Shown here in pieces: positions 34,483 through 46,734 of a stretch of DNA of 64,000 nucleotides. The notes below the pieces were generated by a model. It had not been told where the DNA came from and searched no databases. It saw only the letters and a list, made by a program, of their open reading frames with translations. Each line of letters starts with the position of its first letter. Within the stretch, counting starts at the first letter, position 1. The position numbers and the translations under genes are program-made. Source of the stretch: Pristiophorus japonicus (lineage: Eukaryota); NCBI RefSeq assembly GCF_044704955.1, contig NC_091981.1:163432001-163496000 (forward strand). The letters are read 5' to 3'.

Positions 34483-37400
34483 ATAATCTACACTACACAC
34501 TGTATGGGTTAAAAGAAGCTGAGCTCATAGTAGAATCTGTCTTGATAATTCTTTTGGTCTGAGGCAGATTAGGGTTTTTGGGGAGAAATTATGTGGTATC
34601 CATGTCTCACCATTGCAAATGATGCTTTATTTTGCACATGTGGAGATGACTATTGTGCATTGGAGATATAATGCACTTAATTAAAAGTTTGGTTGATTAG
34701 ACCTTGTCTAATGAATCCAATTTATTGAGCTGTTTGTTGTGTGGGCAAATCTGTTATCTTGTGGTTAGGCTTGTCTTCTTTCTCTGGTTGCTGCTGACTT
34801 TCTTTTCCTGCCTGTTTCATGTCCATGCCCCTCTATAGAGCAAAATTGTGCTGGAAGAAGCAGGCTATAATAATCTTTGAGGTGTTGTCTGAGCTTTACT
34901 GTAGAACTCCCTGATCTGACATTTGAATAATTGCACAGGAATGTTGATGGCATTCTAATGATGTGCTGATCTAAGGCCCTCGTGGATGAATGTTCCACAT
35001 TGTACATCTCCTTAAGTCTTGTCCTTGGATTCTGCAATGGAGTCAGACCCATGGCTGCAGTGAAGATCCTTGCCCCCACCCTCCCTCCACCCCCGTCCTC
35101 CTCAGAGACTTTGTGGCTCTTCAAATAATGCTGATAGAGTTGACTGCTGCAGAATGTAGGAATCATGGGAGCTGTTAGGTTAATGGACATACACATGCAC
35201 AATTCTGTTCCCAAAAACCAACTACACTTTCATGGAGTAGTAACTCTTTCTGTTCATGAATGGAGTAGCATTGAAGTAGGGCCATGAATGCAATCAATAA
35301 TGTGCTCACAATGGAAAATGATGAATGCACTGGCTCTGGCAAACAATGCGCTGGTGATCTACGTGATACAATCGTATCCCGCCGTAGGCAACTAGGCTCA
35401 TACAGCAGTGCCTGGTCTCCAGTCATCTTGGACCCCCTGCCACTGGACCTTGCTCTGCTAAGCTGGTTATGGTAGCCGGTGTGCAACGGCCACCCCATAT
35501 TAAAAAAACTCACGCACAGGCATCTTCCACCCTTCACAATGAAGTTCAGGACCTGGAACATCAGGACCCTCATGGCCAACTCCAACAGCGACAGACCGGA
35601 ATGTTGCACCATCATCGTTGCCCAGGAACTTAAATGGTTCGATGTCAACACCGCCACCCTAAGCAAGACCCGGCGGGCAGGGGAAGGCCAGCTCAAAGAA
35701 CAAGGTGGCGGTTACACCTTCTTCTGGAAAGACAAACCTGAAGAAGAACGCCGCCTCCACGGAGTCAGTTTCGCCATCAAGAACGAGCTGGTCGACTGCC
35801 TCAGAGACTCCCCCTGCGGGATTAACGAACGTCTCATGACTCTCCGGATCACCCTATCCCGGAACCAGTGCTCCACAGTTATCAGTGCGTACGCCCCAAC
35901 ATTCGACGCAACAGATGAGGCCAAACAGATATTCTACTCCAGCATTAAACAATCCCTGTCCCACGTCTCTACTCACGACAAACTGATCCTCCTCGGCGAC
36001 TTCAACACCAAAGTCGGTCAGGCCACAGACCTCTGGGGAGGCGTGATCGGCAGAGGGGGCATAGGGAAAACCAACTCCAGCAGTACCCTGCTCCTGACAA
36101 AATGACTAGGACACGACCTTGTCAACACCAACACCTTATTCCGCCAGAGCGACAAATACAAGGCATCGTGGCAACACCCTCGCTCCTAGCACTGCTTGAC
36201 TACGTCATTGTTCGAGCAAGGGATCGCAAGGACGTGCGCATCACCCATGCCATGACAGGAGCCGACTGCTGGACGGACCACCACCTAATCCGTTCTGTCA
36301 TCAACATTAATATAGCCTCAAATTGACGACGGCAACAGAAGCAATGCCGCAGAAAAATCAACGCCGGGGCACTCAAAGACCCAGCTAAGAGAGCCCGATA
36401 CAACCAATGCCTCACTGCTAACCAGGCAACCCTCGATGACCCTGAGTCGCAGAGTGCCCACAGTGCTTGGTCTGCTCTCCAGGCCACCATAATCTGTGCA
36501 TTCGAAGAGACACTCGGTCACTCAACCAGGAAACACCAGGACTGGTTTGATGAGAATGACCAGGAGATCCAAGAGCTAATAAACCGCAAGCGCAGGGCAT
36601 TTCTGAACTTAAAGTAACAACGCAAGTCGGGAGCAGCAAAGCAGCTTTACAGACGGCTGAAGGCCAAGGTCCAACAAAAAACCCGCGATCTAAAGAATAG
36701 ATGGTGGATGGAGAAAGCACAGGAGATTCATCAGCTGGCCGACAGCCATGATGTGCGAGGATTCTTCACCGCAGTCAAGTCCACCTATGGCCCAAGCACC
36801 CAAGGCCCCATCCCACTGCTAGCCAAGAATGGGGAGACACTCATCAAGGACACCGAGGCAATCAGGACCCGCTGGAAGGAGCATTTCAAAGATCTCCTTA
36901 ATTGAGACTCTGCCTTTGACACGAATGTCCTTGACTCCATCCCGTAGCATGCTGCCCGCCACCATCCCAGCAAAACCTCAGCCCTGCATGAGGTAGAAAA
37001 GGCCATCCATCAGCTCAAGAACAACAAGGCATCTGGAGCAGATTAAATCTCCGCTGAGGCACGAAAGTATGGCGGAGAGGCACTATTGGCATGAATGCAT
37101 GACCTCATCTCTCTCATCTGGAAGGAGGAGTGCATGCCTGGAAATCTCAGAGATGCCGTAATCGTGACCATCTTTAAAAAAGTGGACAAGTCCAACTGCG
37201 GCAACTACAGAGGAATCTCCCTGTTGTCGGCCACTGGGAAAGTCATCGCTAGAATCCTCCTCAACTGTCTTTTCCCTGTGGCTGAGGAGCTCCTCCCTGA
37301 GTCACAGTGTGGATTCCGTCCGCTAGGGGGTACAACGGACATGATCTTAATCGTGCGACAACTGCAACAGAAATGCAGGGAACAGCAGCAACCCTTGGAC

Positions 37401-37584
37401 ATGGTCTTCTTTGACCTCACAAAGCCTTTGACCCTCCTCTCGATCTTCCTCACTGCAATGCTCCATCTCACACTCAACAAGCACCCCGCTGGAGTGCAAC
37501 TAAACGATAGAACCAGTGAGAACCTGTTCAACCTTCGTCACCTCTATGCTAGATCCAAGACCACCCCAACCTCTGTCGTCGAAC

Positions 37585-40167
37585 ATTAGCTTGGGATGAT
37601 GTGGAATCTGTATGGGTGGAGCTGCGGAATACCAAAGGGCAGAAAACGCTAGTGCGAGTTGTGTACAGACCACCAAACAGTATTAGTGAGGTTGGGGACA
37701 GCATAAAACAAGAAATTAGGGATGCGTGCAACAAAGGTACAGCAGTTATCATGGGCGACTTTAATCTACATATATATTGGGCTAACCAAACTGGTAGCAA
37801 TACGGTGGAGGAGGACTTCCTGGAGCGTATTAGGGATGGTTTTCGAGACCAATATGTCGAGGAACCAACTAGAGGGCTGGCCATCCTAGACTGGGTGATG
37901 TGTAATGAGAAAGGATTAATTAGCAATTTTGTTGTGCGAGGCCCCTTGGGGAAGAGTGACCATAATATGATAGAATTCTTTATTAAGATGGAGAGTGACA
38001 TAGTTAATTCAGAGACTAAGGAAAGGTAACTTCGATGGTATGAGACGTGAATTGGCTAAAATAGACTGGCAAATGATACTTAAAGAGTTGACGGCGGATA
38101 GGCAATGGCAAACATTTAAAGATCACATGGATGAACTTCAACAATTGCACAGTGTTAAATCCAAGGAAGAGGCATATACATTGGCCAGAAAAAGCAGCAA
38201 ACCTGAGGACTGGGAGAAATTTAGAATTCAGCAGAAGAGGACAAAGGGTTTAATTAGGAGGGGGAAAATAGAGTATGAGAGGAAGCTTGCTGGGAACATA
38301 AAAACTGACTGCAAAAGCTTCTATAGATATGTGAAAAGAAAAAAAATTAGTGAAGACAAACATAGGTCCCTTGCAGTCAGATTCAGGTGAATTTGTCATG
38401 AGGAACAAAGAAATGGCAGACCAATTGAACAAATACTTTGGTTCTGTCTTCACAAAGGAAGACACAAATAACTTTCCGGAAATACTAGGGGACTGAGGGT
38501 CCAGTGAGAAGGAGGAATTGAAGGAAATCCTTATTAGGTGGGAAATTGTGAGGGGAATTGATGGAATTGAAGGCCGATAAATCCCCGGGGCCATATAGTT
38601 GGCATCCCAGAGTTATTAAGGAAGTGGCCCTCGAAATAGTGGATGCATTGGTGATCATTTTCCAACAGTCTATCGACTCTGGATCAATTCCTATGGACTG
38701 GAGGGTAGCTAATGTAACACCACTTTTTAAAAAAGGAGGAAGAGAGAAACGGGTAATTATAGACCGGTTAGCCTGACATCAGTAGTGGGGAAAATGTTGG
38801 AATCAATTATTAAAAATGAAATAGCAACGCATTTGGAAAGCAGTGACAGGATCAGTCCAAGTCAGCATGGATTTATGAAGGGAAAATCATGCTTGACAAA
38901 TCTTCTGGAATTTTTTGAGGATGTAACTAATAGAGTGGACAAGGGAGAACCAGTGGATGTGGTGTATTTGGACTTTCAAAAGGCTTTTGACAAGGTCCCA
39001 CACAAGAGATTGATGTGCAAAATTAAAGCACATGGTATTGGGGGTAATGTACTGACGTGGATAGAGAACTGGTTGGCACACAGGAAGCAGAGAGTCGGGA
39101 TAAACGGGTCCTTTTCAGAATGGCAGGCAGTGACTAGTGGAGTGCTGCAGGGCTCAGTGCTGGGACCCCAGCTATTTACAATAAACATCAATGATTTAGT
39201 TAAGGAATTGAGAGTAATATCTCCAAGTTTGCAGATGGCACTAAGCTGGGTGGCGGTGTGAGCTGTGAGGATGACGCTAAGAGGCTGCATGTTGATTTGG
39301 ACAGGTTATGTGAGTGGGCAAATGCATGGCAGATGCATTATAATGTGGATAAGTGTGATGTTATCCACTTTGGGGGCAAAAACACGAAGGCAGAATATTA
39401 TCTGATTGATGGCAGATTAGGAAAAGGGGAGGTGCAACGAGACCTGGGTGTCATGGTACATCAGTCATTGAAAGTTGGCATGCAGGTACAGCAGGTAGTG
39501 AAGAAGGCAAATGGTATGTTGGCCTTCATAGCTAAGGGATTTTGAGTATAGGAGCAGGGAGGTCTTACTGCAGTTGTACAGAGTCTTGATAAGGCCTCAC
39601 CTGGAATATTGTGTTCAGTTTAGTCTCCTAATCTGAGGAAGGATGTTCTTGCTATTGAGGGAGTGCAGCGAAGGTTCACCAGACTGATCCCCAGGATGGC
39701 AGGACTGACATATGAGGAGAGACTGGATCGACTGGGCCTGTATTCACTGGAGTTTAGAAGGATGAGAAGGGATCTCATAGAAACATATAAAATTCTGACG
39801 GGACTGGACAGGTTAGATGCAGGAAGAATATTCCCGATGTTGGGGAAGTCCAGAATCAGGGGACACAGTCTAAGGATAAGGGGTAAGCCATTTAGGACTG
39901 AGATGAGGAGAAATTTCTTCACCCAGAGAGTTGTTAACCTGTGGAATTCCCTACTGCAGAGAGTTGTTGATACCAGTTCGTTGGATTATATTCAAGAGGG
40001 AATTTAGATATGGCCCTTGCAGCTAAAGGAATCAAGGGGTATGGAGAGAAAGCAGGAAAGGGGTACTGAGGTGAATGATCAGCCATGATCTTATTGAATG
40101 GTGGTGCAGGCTTGAAGGGCCGAATGGCCTACTCCTGCACCTATTTTCTATGTTTCTATGTTTCTAT
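37585..40167 (+). mobile_element. CR1 LINE, 5'-truncated within APE, inserted in the RTE
   Basis: YRPP..GDFN..SDHN, RT motifs, (TTTCTATG)n tail. TSD GAAC at 37581-37584 and 40168-40171. Confidence 0.94.
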
Positions 40168-41212
40168 GAACTACAGTACGCGGACGACGCTTGCGTCTGT
40201 GCACATTCAGAGGCTGAACTCCAAGCCATTGTCAGCATCTTCACCGAGGTGTACGAAAGCATGGGCCTTACACTAAACATCAGTAGACAAAGGTCCTCCA
40301 CCAGCACTGCCACACAGCACTGCCCCCCAGTCATCAAAATCCACAGCACGGCCTTAGACAATGTGGACCACTTTCCATACCTCGTGGGCCTATTATCAGC
40401 AAGGGCAGACATCAATGACGAGGTCCAAACCTGCCTGCAGTGCGCCAGCGCAAACTTCGGTCGCCTGAGGAAGAGAATGTTCGAAGATCAGGCCCTCAAA
40501 TCTGGCACCAAGCTTATGGTCTACAGGGCTGTAGCGATACCCACCCTCCTGTATGGCTCAGAGATGTAGAATATATACAATAGGAACTTCAAATCGCTGG
40601 AGAAATATCACCAACGATATCTGCGCAGTATCCTGCAAATCCCCTGGGAGGATAGACGCACCAACGTCAGTGTTCTTGATCAGGCCAATATCCCCAGCAT
40701 TGAAGCACTGACCACACTCGACCAGCTCCGTTGGGCGGGCCACATTGTCTGCATGCCCAACACAGGACTGCCAAATCAAGTGCTCTACTCAGAACTCCTA
40801 GACGGCAGGCGATCCTCAGGTGGGCAGAGGAAATGTTTCAAGGACACCCTCGAAGCCTCCTTGATAAAGTGCAACATCCTTACCGACACCTCGGAGTCCC
40901 TGGCCAAAGACCACTAAGTGGAGGAAGAGCATCCAGGATGGCGTTGAGCACCTCGGGTCGCGTCGTCGAGAGCATGCAGAAACCAAGCGCAGGCAGCGGA
41001 AGGAGCGTGCGGCAAACCAGACCCCCCCACCCATCCTTTCCTTCAATGACCTAGTTGCATAAAAGGTCAATATAGCTAAAACCTTCACAGCCACTGACAG
41101 AGCATTCCCTGCCTGAGAAGTGGTTCCCAATAGCTCTTTGGGAATCTTAGGCTCAGCATGCAGTTGTCTTTAGGCATATCCAGACTGGAGAGCCTAGCAC
41201 TGTAAGCATGGG

Positions 41213-41660
41213 CAAAGGTTGAGTAGGTTGGGCCTCTACTCATTGGAATTCAGAAGAATGAGAGGTGATCTTATCGAAATGTATAAGATTATGAGGGGGC
41301 TTGACAAGGTGGATGCAGAGAGGATGTTTCCACTGATGGGGGACACTGGAACTAGAGGGCATGATCTTAGAATAAGGGGCCGCCCATTTAAAACAGAAAT
41401 GAGGAGAAATTTCTTCTCTCAGAGGGTTGTAAATCTGTGGAATTCACTGCCTCAGAGAGCTGTGGAAGCTGGGACATTTAATAGAATAGAATTGCTGGGA
41501 CAGAAAGAGACAGTTTCTTAAACGATAAGGGGATAAGGGGTTATGGGGAGCGGGCAGGGAAGTGGAACTGAGTCCATGATCAGATCAGCCGTGATATTGA
41601 ATGGCAGAGCAGGCTCGAGGGGCCATATGGCCTACTCCTGTTCCTATTTCTTATGTTCTT
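41213..41660 (+). mobile_element. CR1 3' fragment ((TTCTTATG)n subfamily) preceded by a copied piece of flanking DNA
   Basis: RLGLYSLEFRRMRGDLIE..RVVNLWNSLP. ATGAC flanks the whole insert (41046-41050, 41661-41665). Confidence 0.9.
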
Positions 41661-43429
41661 ATGACTGTCTGTCCCGTCTGTGACAGAGACTGTAATTATC
41701 ATATTGGACTGTACAGTCACCTGAGAACTAACTTTTAGAGTGGAAGCAAGTCTTCCCCGATTTCGAGGGACTGCTTATGATGATGATGACAATCGCAATG
41801 AGATGTGATAGGGATCTCCTGCAGATGCTTGGAATGACCTAGTTGCAAAAAAAGGTCAGAGCATTTCCTGCCTGAGAAGTGGTTCCCAATAGCTCTGTTA
41901 TGGAGCAATTTGGGAATATTAGGCTCAGCATGCAGTTGTCTTTGGGCATATCCAGACTGGAGAACCTAGCACTGTAAGCATGGGTGACAGTAAAGGGTGA
42001 GTCCTATCATCTGGGGCATCTAAGGCACAAATTCATCTGGATTGCCTTTTCTGATCTTTCTCTTTCCCAATCTGCAAAGAGAGGGATATACCCACAGTGA
42101 TGCCCATAGCACCTTGCACATCAGCATACCAACAGTATTTATTAGGCAAACAAGTCTAGTACAAACTGTCAGGAAGGTTCCAATACGTTTAATAAGCTTA
42201 TTTAGTCCAACAATGGCAATATAGCCAAGAAAGAGTGCCTTGTGAACAGATATATAAAAAAAAGATAGCTTTAAGAACAAGGCCCCAACTGATGTGAAGA
42301 GGCCATCCTTGTTGCTCCCATGTTCAGGCATTCCACTCACATTATGGGAACTTCTCCTCATTTGTATTAAAATTGGACCTTTAATAAGCCTACTGCATGA
42401 CCGGTGTGCAGGCCTTAGCTCCTGAAATGCTTTCCAGTCACACTATCAAGTACTCTGAGCATCAGGTGTTCCATATGTCTCAAAGCACTAATACGTGGGG
42501 CAATGGTACCCAATGTACAGCGGTGCTAAGGGCGCGAAGATCACATTATTGGCATTTAGAAGTCAACCAAGCTCAGTACAGGTACTTCATGATGAGCTTT
42601 CACTTTACATCTTTCACATGAAAGAAGTTCATCTGGAGTTGGATTAAGATGCGGCAGAGGCCAGGAAATACAAAGAGAGGGACAGTAAAATCCAAAAATG
42701 TATTAAAAAGGCAAACACTGCTGAGAAGGAAGATAGGCAGCTTTCAACAGTGAGGAGGCCCTGGTGAAAGTTTCCAGATCCTGTTGTGTTGTGCAATACT
42801 CCTTAAATGACAGTATAGGAGTGAGCATACAGCCAAGAAAAAAAGAGTACACATCAAGGAAAACATCCATGTCTGGTGGAAAAAAGATACAAGCAATGGA
42901 AAAGATCAAGCCAGTGAAATAGGAGTACACAGATGGAAAAGGAATACTATACCCACTGCAGAGATTGCATTTTGCTACGGCTTAAACCTATCCCCAGCAC
43001 TTTACATTCAAAAACAGTGGTCTATATTTTTTTACAATATATTTTAAAAATATAATTTGTATCAGTGCAAAGGGATTCATTGACACTTTACAACATCATC
43101 AAACTCATTGTTCTGATTAACTTTTTTAAATGTCTCAAGACTCTGAGACTAGTGACACATTAGTTAAGTGTGCATTGGGAAACACAGAGATATAAATTTG
43201 TCTTGGGCCGTCGTGCAAAAAGAGTGGTCATGAATCAGCAGCCCATTTTACACTCCGCGGAGCACAGAACAATCCATTTCACTATCGGCCATTTTGTGCT
43301 CTTGCCCAAGACCAATTTATACCTCATTTTCATTGCTGCTCATTTCATTGCTGTTGCTGAGGATAACAGCAATCTCATGTAGCAGGGCACATAAAACAAC
43401 AAATTATATTAATAGTTGAATATGTAAAT

Positions 43430-43760
43430 CATGGCTCAGCAGGTAAATGCACCATTAACTATGGTACCGATCCATATATATTGGAAAGGTCACAGATTGA
43501 ATCCTGTTCTGTGCTGAGTGAGCCAATATTAGCTGAGGTGGCAATAGGACACTGCAATTGGCATCTGTATTCCCAAGCTGGACAAAAGAAAAATTGAACA
43601 AGGCTCTTGTTATTGATTCAGTGACCCCTACTGAAATCATTGTATCAACATAAGGTGAGGATAGGTTTGGGCTTAGTTGTGATGCACACCAAAGCCAAAT
43701 AATCTGAAAACGTTAATTATCTAGACTTACTCGTAAAGAATGGAATCACGTGAAGTACTT
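43430..43760 (+). mobile_element. Old tRNA-derived SINE
   Basis: TGGCTCAGCAGGTAAA (A box) and CAGATTGAATCC (B box-like). 3' limit approximate. Confidence 0.5.
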
Positions 43761-43843
43761 GAGGGTGGATGGAACTTTAGCCCAGCATAAATCAGTGCCT
43801 TCCAAAAAGGAGATTGGTCACATAAATGTGGGGAAAACATATA

Positions 43844-44496
43844 GGCCCCGATATTAGTGGCCTTACCGCCCACTGCCGCCGACTGCCGCCAACTTTTGCC
43901 ACCGGTCTCCCCAATGTGCCAGTTTCCACTCGTGCTGCAGCGGGCAGGAGGGGAGTACCGCCGGGAACCGCCCACTGACGGCTGCTGGCGGCCAAGTAGC
44001 GCAAGTGTCCTCCCGCCCGCCAAGCTGCCAGATCGGTGCAGGCAGGAGTCAGTGCAGTCGGCGACAGGAGGGGGAAGGACCGTTGCATGGAGACAGGTCT
44101 AACCCCGATGGTGTGTAAAACGACCTGCAAAAAAAGGTGAGCGAACATCTTTAAAAACATTTTTTTACAGCGTCTTACCTGGATGGGGTCCCCTGAAGGT
44201 GTTCCAGTGTTTATTTTTTTTTGGTAATGGTTTCTATTTCCAGCTCCTCCAACCTCCCTGGGCCCGACTCCATCCTCGGCGGCACTTGGGCAGCGAGCGC
44301 ATTTGCCGCCGAGATTGAGAGCTCCCGCCTGCTGCTGCCCAGATTGACGACGTAAGCCGTTATTTTGCTGCCGGGCGGTACTGCCACTTCTTTTAGAGGG
44401 ATCTTCCTGGCAAAGTACCACCCGGTCTCTTGCCAACTATCGGCGGTCCTTTGGGCGGCCCTTGGGCGGGCTTTGGCGTTGACCAAGTTCGGGCCC
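43844..44496. mobile_element. Harbinger-type MITE, copy 2
   Basis: TIRs GGCCCCGATATTAG / CCAAGTTCGGGCCC, perfect TSD ATA. Colinear with 22914-23572. Confidence 0.85.
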
Positions 44497-44500
44497 ATAC

Positions 44501-46728
44501 TAGAAACATAGAAACATAGAAAATAGGTGCAGGAGTAGGCCATTCGGCCCTTCTAGCCTGCACCGCCATTCAATGAGTTCATGGCTGAACATTCAACTTC
44601 AGTACCCCATTCCTGCTTTCTCGCCATACCCCTTGATCCCCCTAGCAGTAAGGACCTCATCTAACTCCTTTTTGAATATATTTAGTGAATTGGCCTCAAC
44701 AACTTTCTGTGGTAGAGAATTCCACAGGTTCACCACTCTCTGGGTGAAGAAGTTCCTCCGCATCTCGGTCCTAAATGGCTTACCCCTTATCCTTAGACTG
44801 TGACCCCTGGTTCTGGACTTCCCCAACATTGGGAACATTCTTCCTGCATCTAACCTGTCTAACCCCGTCAGAATTTTATATGTTTCTATGAGGTCCCCTC
44901 TCATTCTTCTGAACTCCAGTGAATACAAGCCCAGTTGATCCAGTCTTTCTTGATAGGTCAGTCCCGCCATCCCGGGAATCAGTCTGGTGAACCTTCGCTG
45001 CGCTCCCTCAATAGCAAGAATGTCCTTCCTCAGGTTAGGAGACCAAAACTGTACACAATACTCCAGGTGTGGCCTCACCAATGCCCTGTACAACTGTAGC
45101 AACACCTCCCTGCCCCTGTACTCAAATCCCCTTGCTATGAAGGCCAACATGCCATTTGCTTTCTTAACCGCCTGCTGCACCTGCATGCCAACCTTCAATG
45201 ACTGATGTACCATGACACCCAGGTCTCTTTGCACCTCCCCTTTTCCTAATCTGTCACCATTCAGATAATAGTCTGTCTCTCTGTTTTTACCACCAAAGTG
45301 GATAACCTCACATTTATCCACATTATACTTCATCTGCCATGCATTTGCCCACTCACCTAACCTATCCAAGTCGCTCTGCAGCCTCACAGCATCCTCCTCG
45401 CAGCTCACACTGCCACCCAACTTAGTGTCATCCGCAAATTTGGAGATACTACATTTAATCCCCTCATCTAAATCATTAATGTACAGTGTAAACAGCTGGG
45501 GCCCCAGCACAGAACCTTGCGGTACCCCACTAGTCACTGCCTGCCATTCTGAAAAGTACCCATTTACTCCTACTCTTTGCTTCCTGTCTGACAACCAGTT
45601 CTCAATCCATGTCAGTACACTACCCCCAATCCCATGTGCTCTAACTTTGCACATCAATCTCTTGTGTGGGACCTTGTCGAACGCCTTCTGAAAGTCCAAA
45701 TATACCACATCAACTGGTTCTCCCTTATCCACTCTACTGGAAACATCCTCAAAAAATTCCAGAAGATTTGTCAAGCATGATTTCCCTTTCACAAATCCAT
45801 GCTGACTTGGACCTATCATGTCACCTCTTTCCAAATGCACTGCTATGGCATCCTTAATAATTGATTCCATCATTTTACCCACTACCGATGTCAGGCTGAC
45901 CGGTCTATAATTCCCTGTTTTCTCTCTCCCTCCTTTTTTAAAAAGTGGGGTTACATTGGCTACCCTCCACTCCATAGGAACTGATCCAGAGTCAATGGAA
46001 TGTTGGAAAATGACTGTCAACGCATCCACTATTTCCAAGGCCACCTCCTTAAGTACTCTGGGATGCAGTCCATCAGGCCCTGGGGATTTATCGGCCTTCA
46101 ATCCCATCAATTTCCCCAACACAATTTCCCGGCTAATAAGGATTTCCCTCAGTTCCTCCTCCTTACTAGACCCCCCGACCCCTTTTATAACCGGAAGGTT
46201 GTTCGTGTCCTCCTTCGTGAATACCGAACCAAAGTACTTGTTCAATTGGTCCGCCATTTCTTTGTTCCCCGTTATGACTTCCCCTGATTCTGACTGCAGG
46301 GGACCTACGTTTGTCTTTACTAACCTTTTTCTCTTTACATATCTATAGAAACTTTTGCAATCCGTCTTAATGTTCCCTGCAAGCTTCTTCTCATACTCCA
46401 TTTTCCCTGCCCTAATCAAACCCTTTGTCCTCCTCTGCTGAGTTCTAAATTTCTCCCAGTCCCCAGGTTCGCTGCTATTTCTGGCCAATTTGTATGCCAC
46501 TTCCTTGGCTTTAATACTATCCCTGATTTCCCTTGATAGCCACGGTTGAGCCACCTTCCCTTTTTTATTTCTATGCCAGACAGGAATGTACAATTGTTGT
46601 AGTTCATCCATGCGGTCTCTAAATGTCTGCCATTGCCCATCCACAGTCAACCCCTTAAGTATCATTCGCCAATCCATCTCAGCCAATTCACGCCTCATAC
46701 CTTCAAAGTTAGCCTTCTTTAAGTTCTG
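44501..46728 (-). mobile_element. Young CR1 LINE, 5'-truncated
   Basis: Nearly identical to the 11741 copy. (TTTCTATG)n tail at 44501-44522. Confidence 0.95.
44599..46727 (-). CDS. CR1 ORF2 C-terminal ~700 aa (RT), uninterrupted but lacking the endonuclease and native start
   Basis: Open frame from QNLKKANFEG to GMGY*, with YLDFQKAFD, GVPQGSVLGP, KFADD. Confidence 0.8.
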
Positions 46729-46734
46729 TTTACA

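Larger units (their letters stand above)
35375..41788 (+). mobile_element. RTE-clade LINE, near full length, decayed; interrupted by two CR1 insertions
   Basis: 5' UTR, APE MKFRTWNIRTL..SAYAPT..LGDFN..TDH, RT NYRGISLL..ESQCGFR..ELQYADD..LRWAGH, (TGA)n tail. TSD ACAATCG at 35368-35374 and 41789-41795. Confidence 0.92.
34810..41985 (-). pseudogene. Fossil HARBI1-like DDE transposase (H4), split by the RTE (parts ~41985-41789 and ~35374-34810)
   Basis: YSARFSSLDMPKDNCMLSLIF..FATRSFQASAGD..IS / SALFARA..IDCIH..FMNRKSYYS..PNSSHDSYILQQS..LTPLQNP..YN..HSSTR..IIIACFFQHNFAL*RG. Confidence 0.8.

Noticed and set aside
42650-42960. Possible additional Myb-like relic (AAFNSEEALVK)
   Set aside because: The match is too short and lacks the W..I and C..W motifs.
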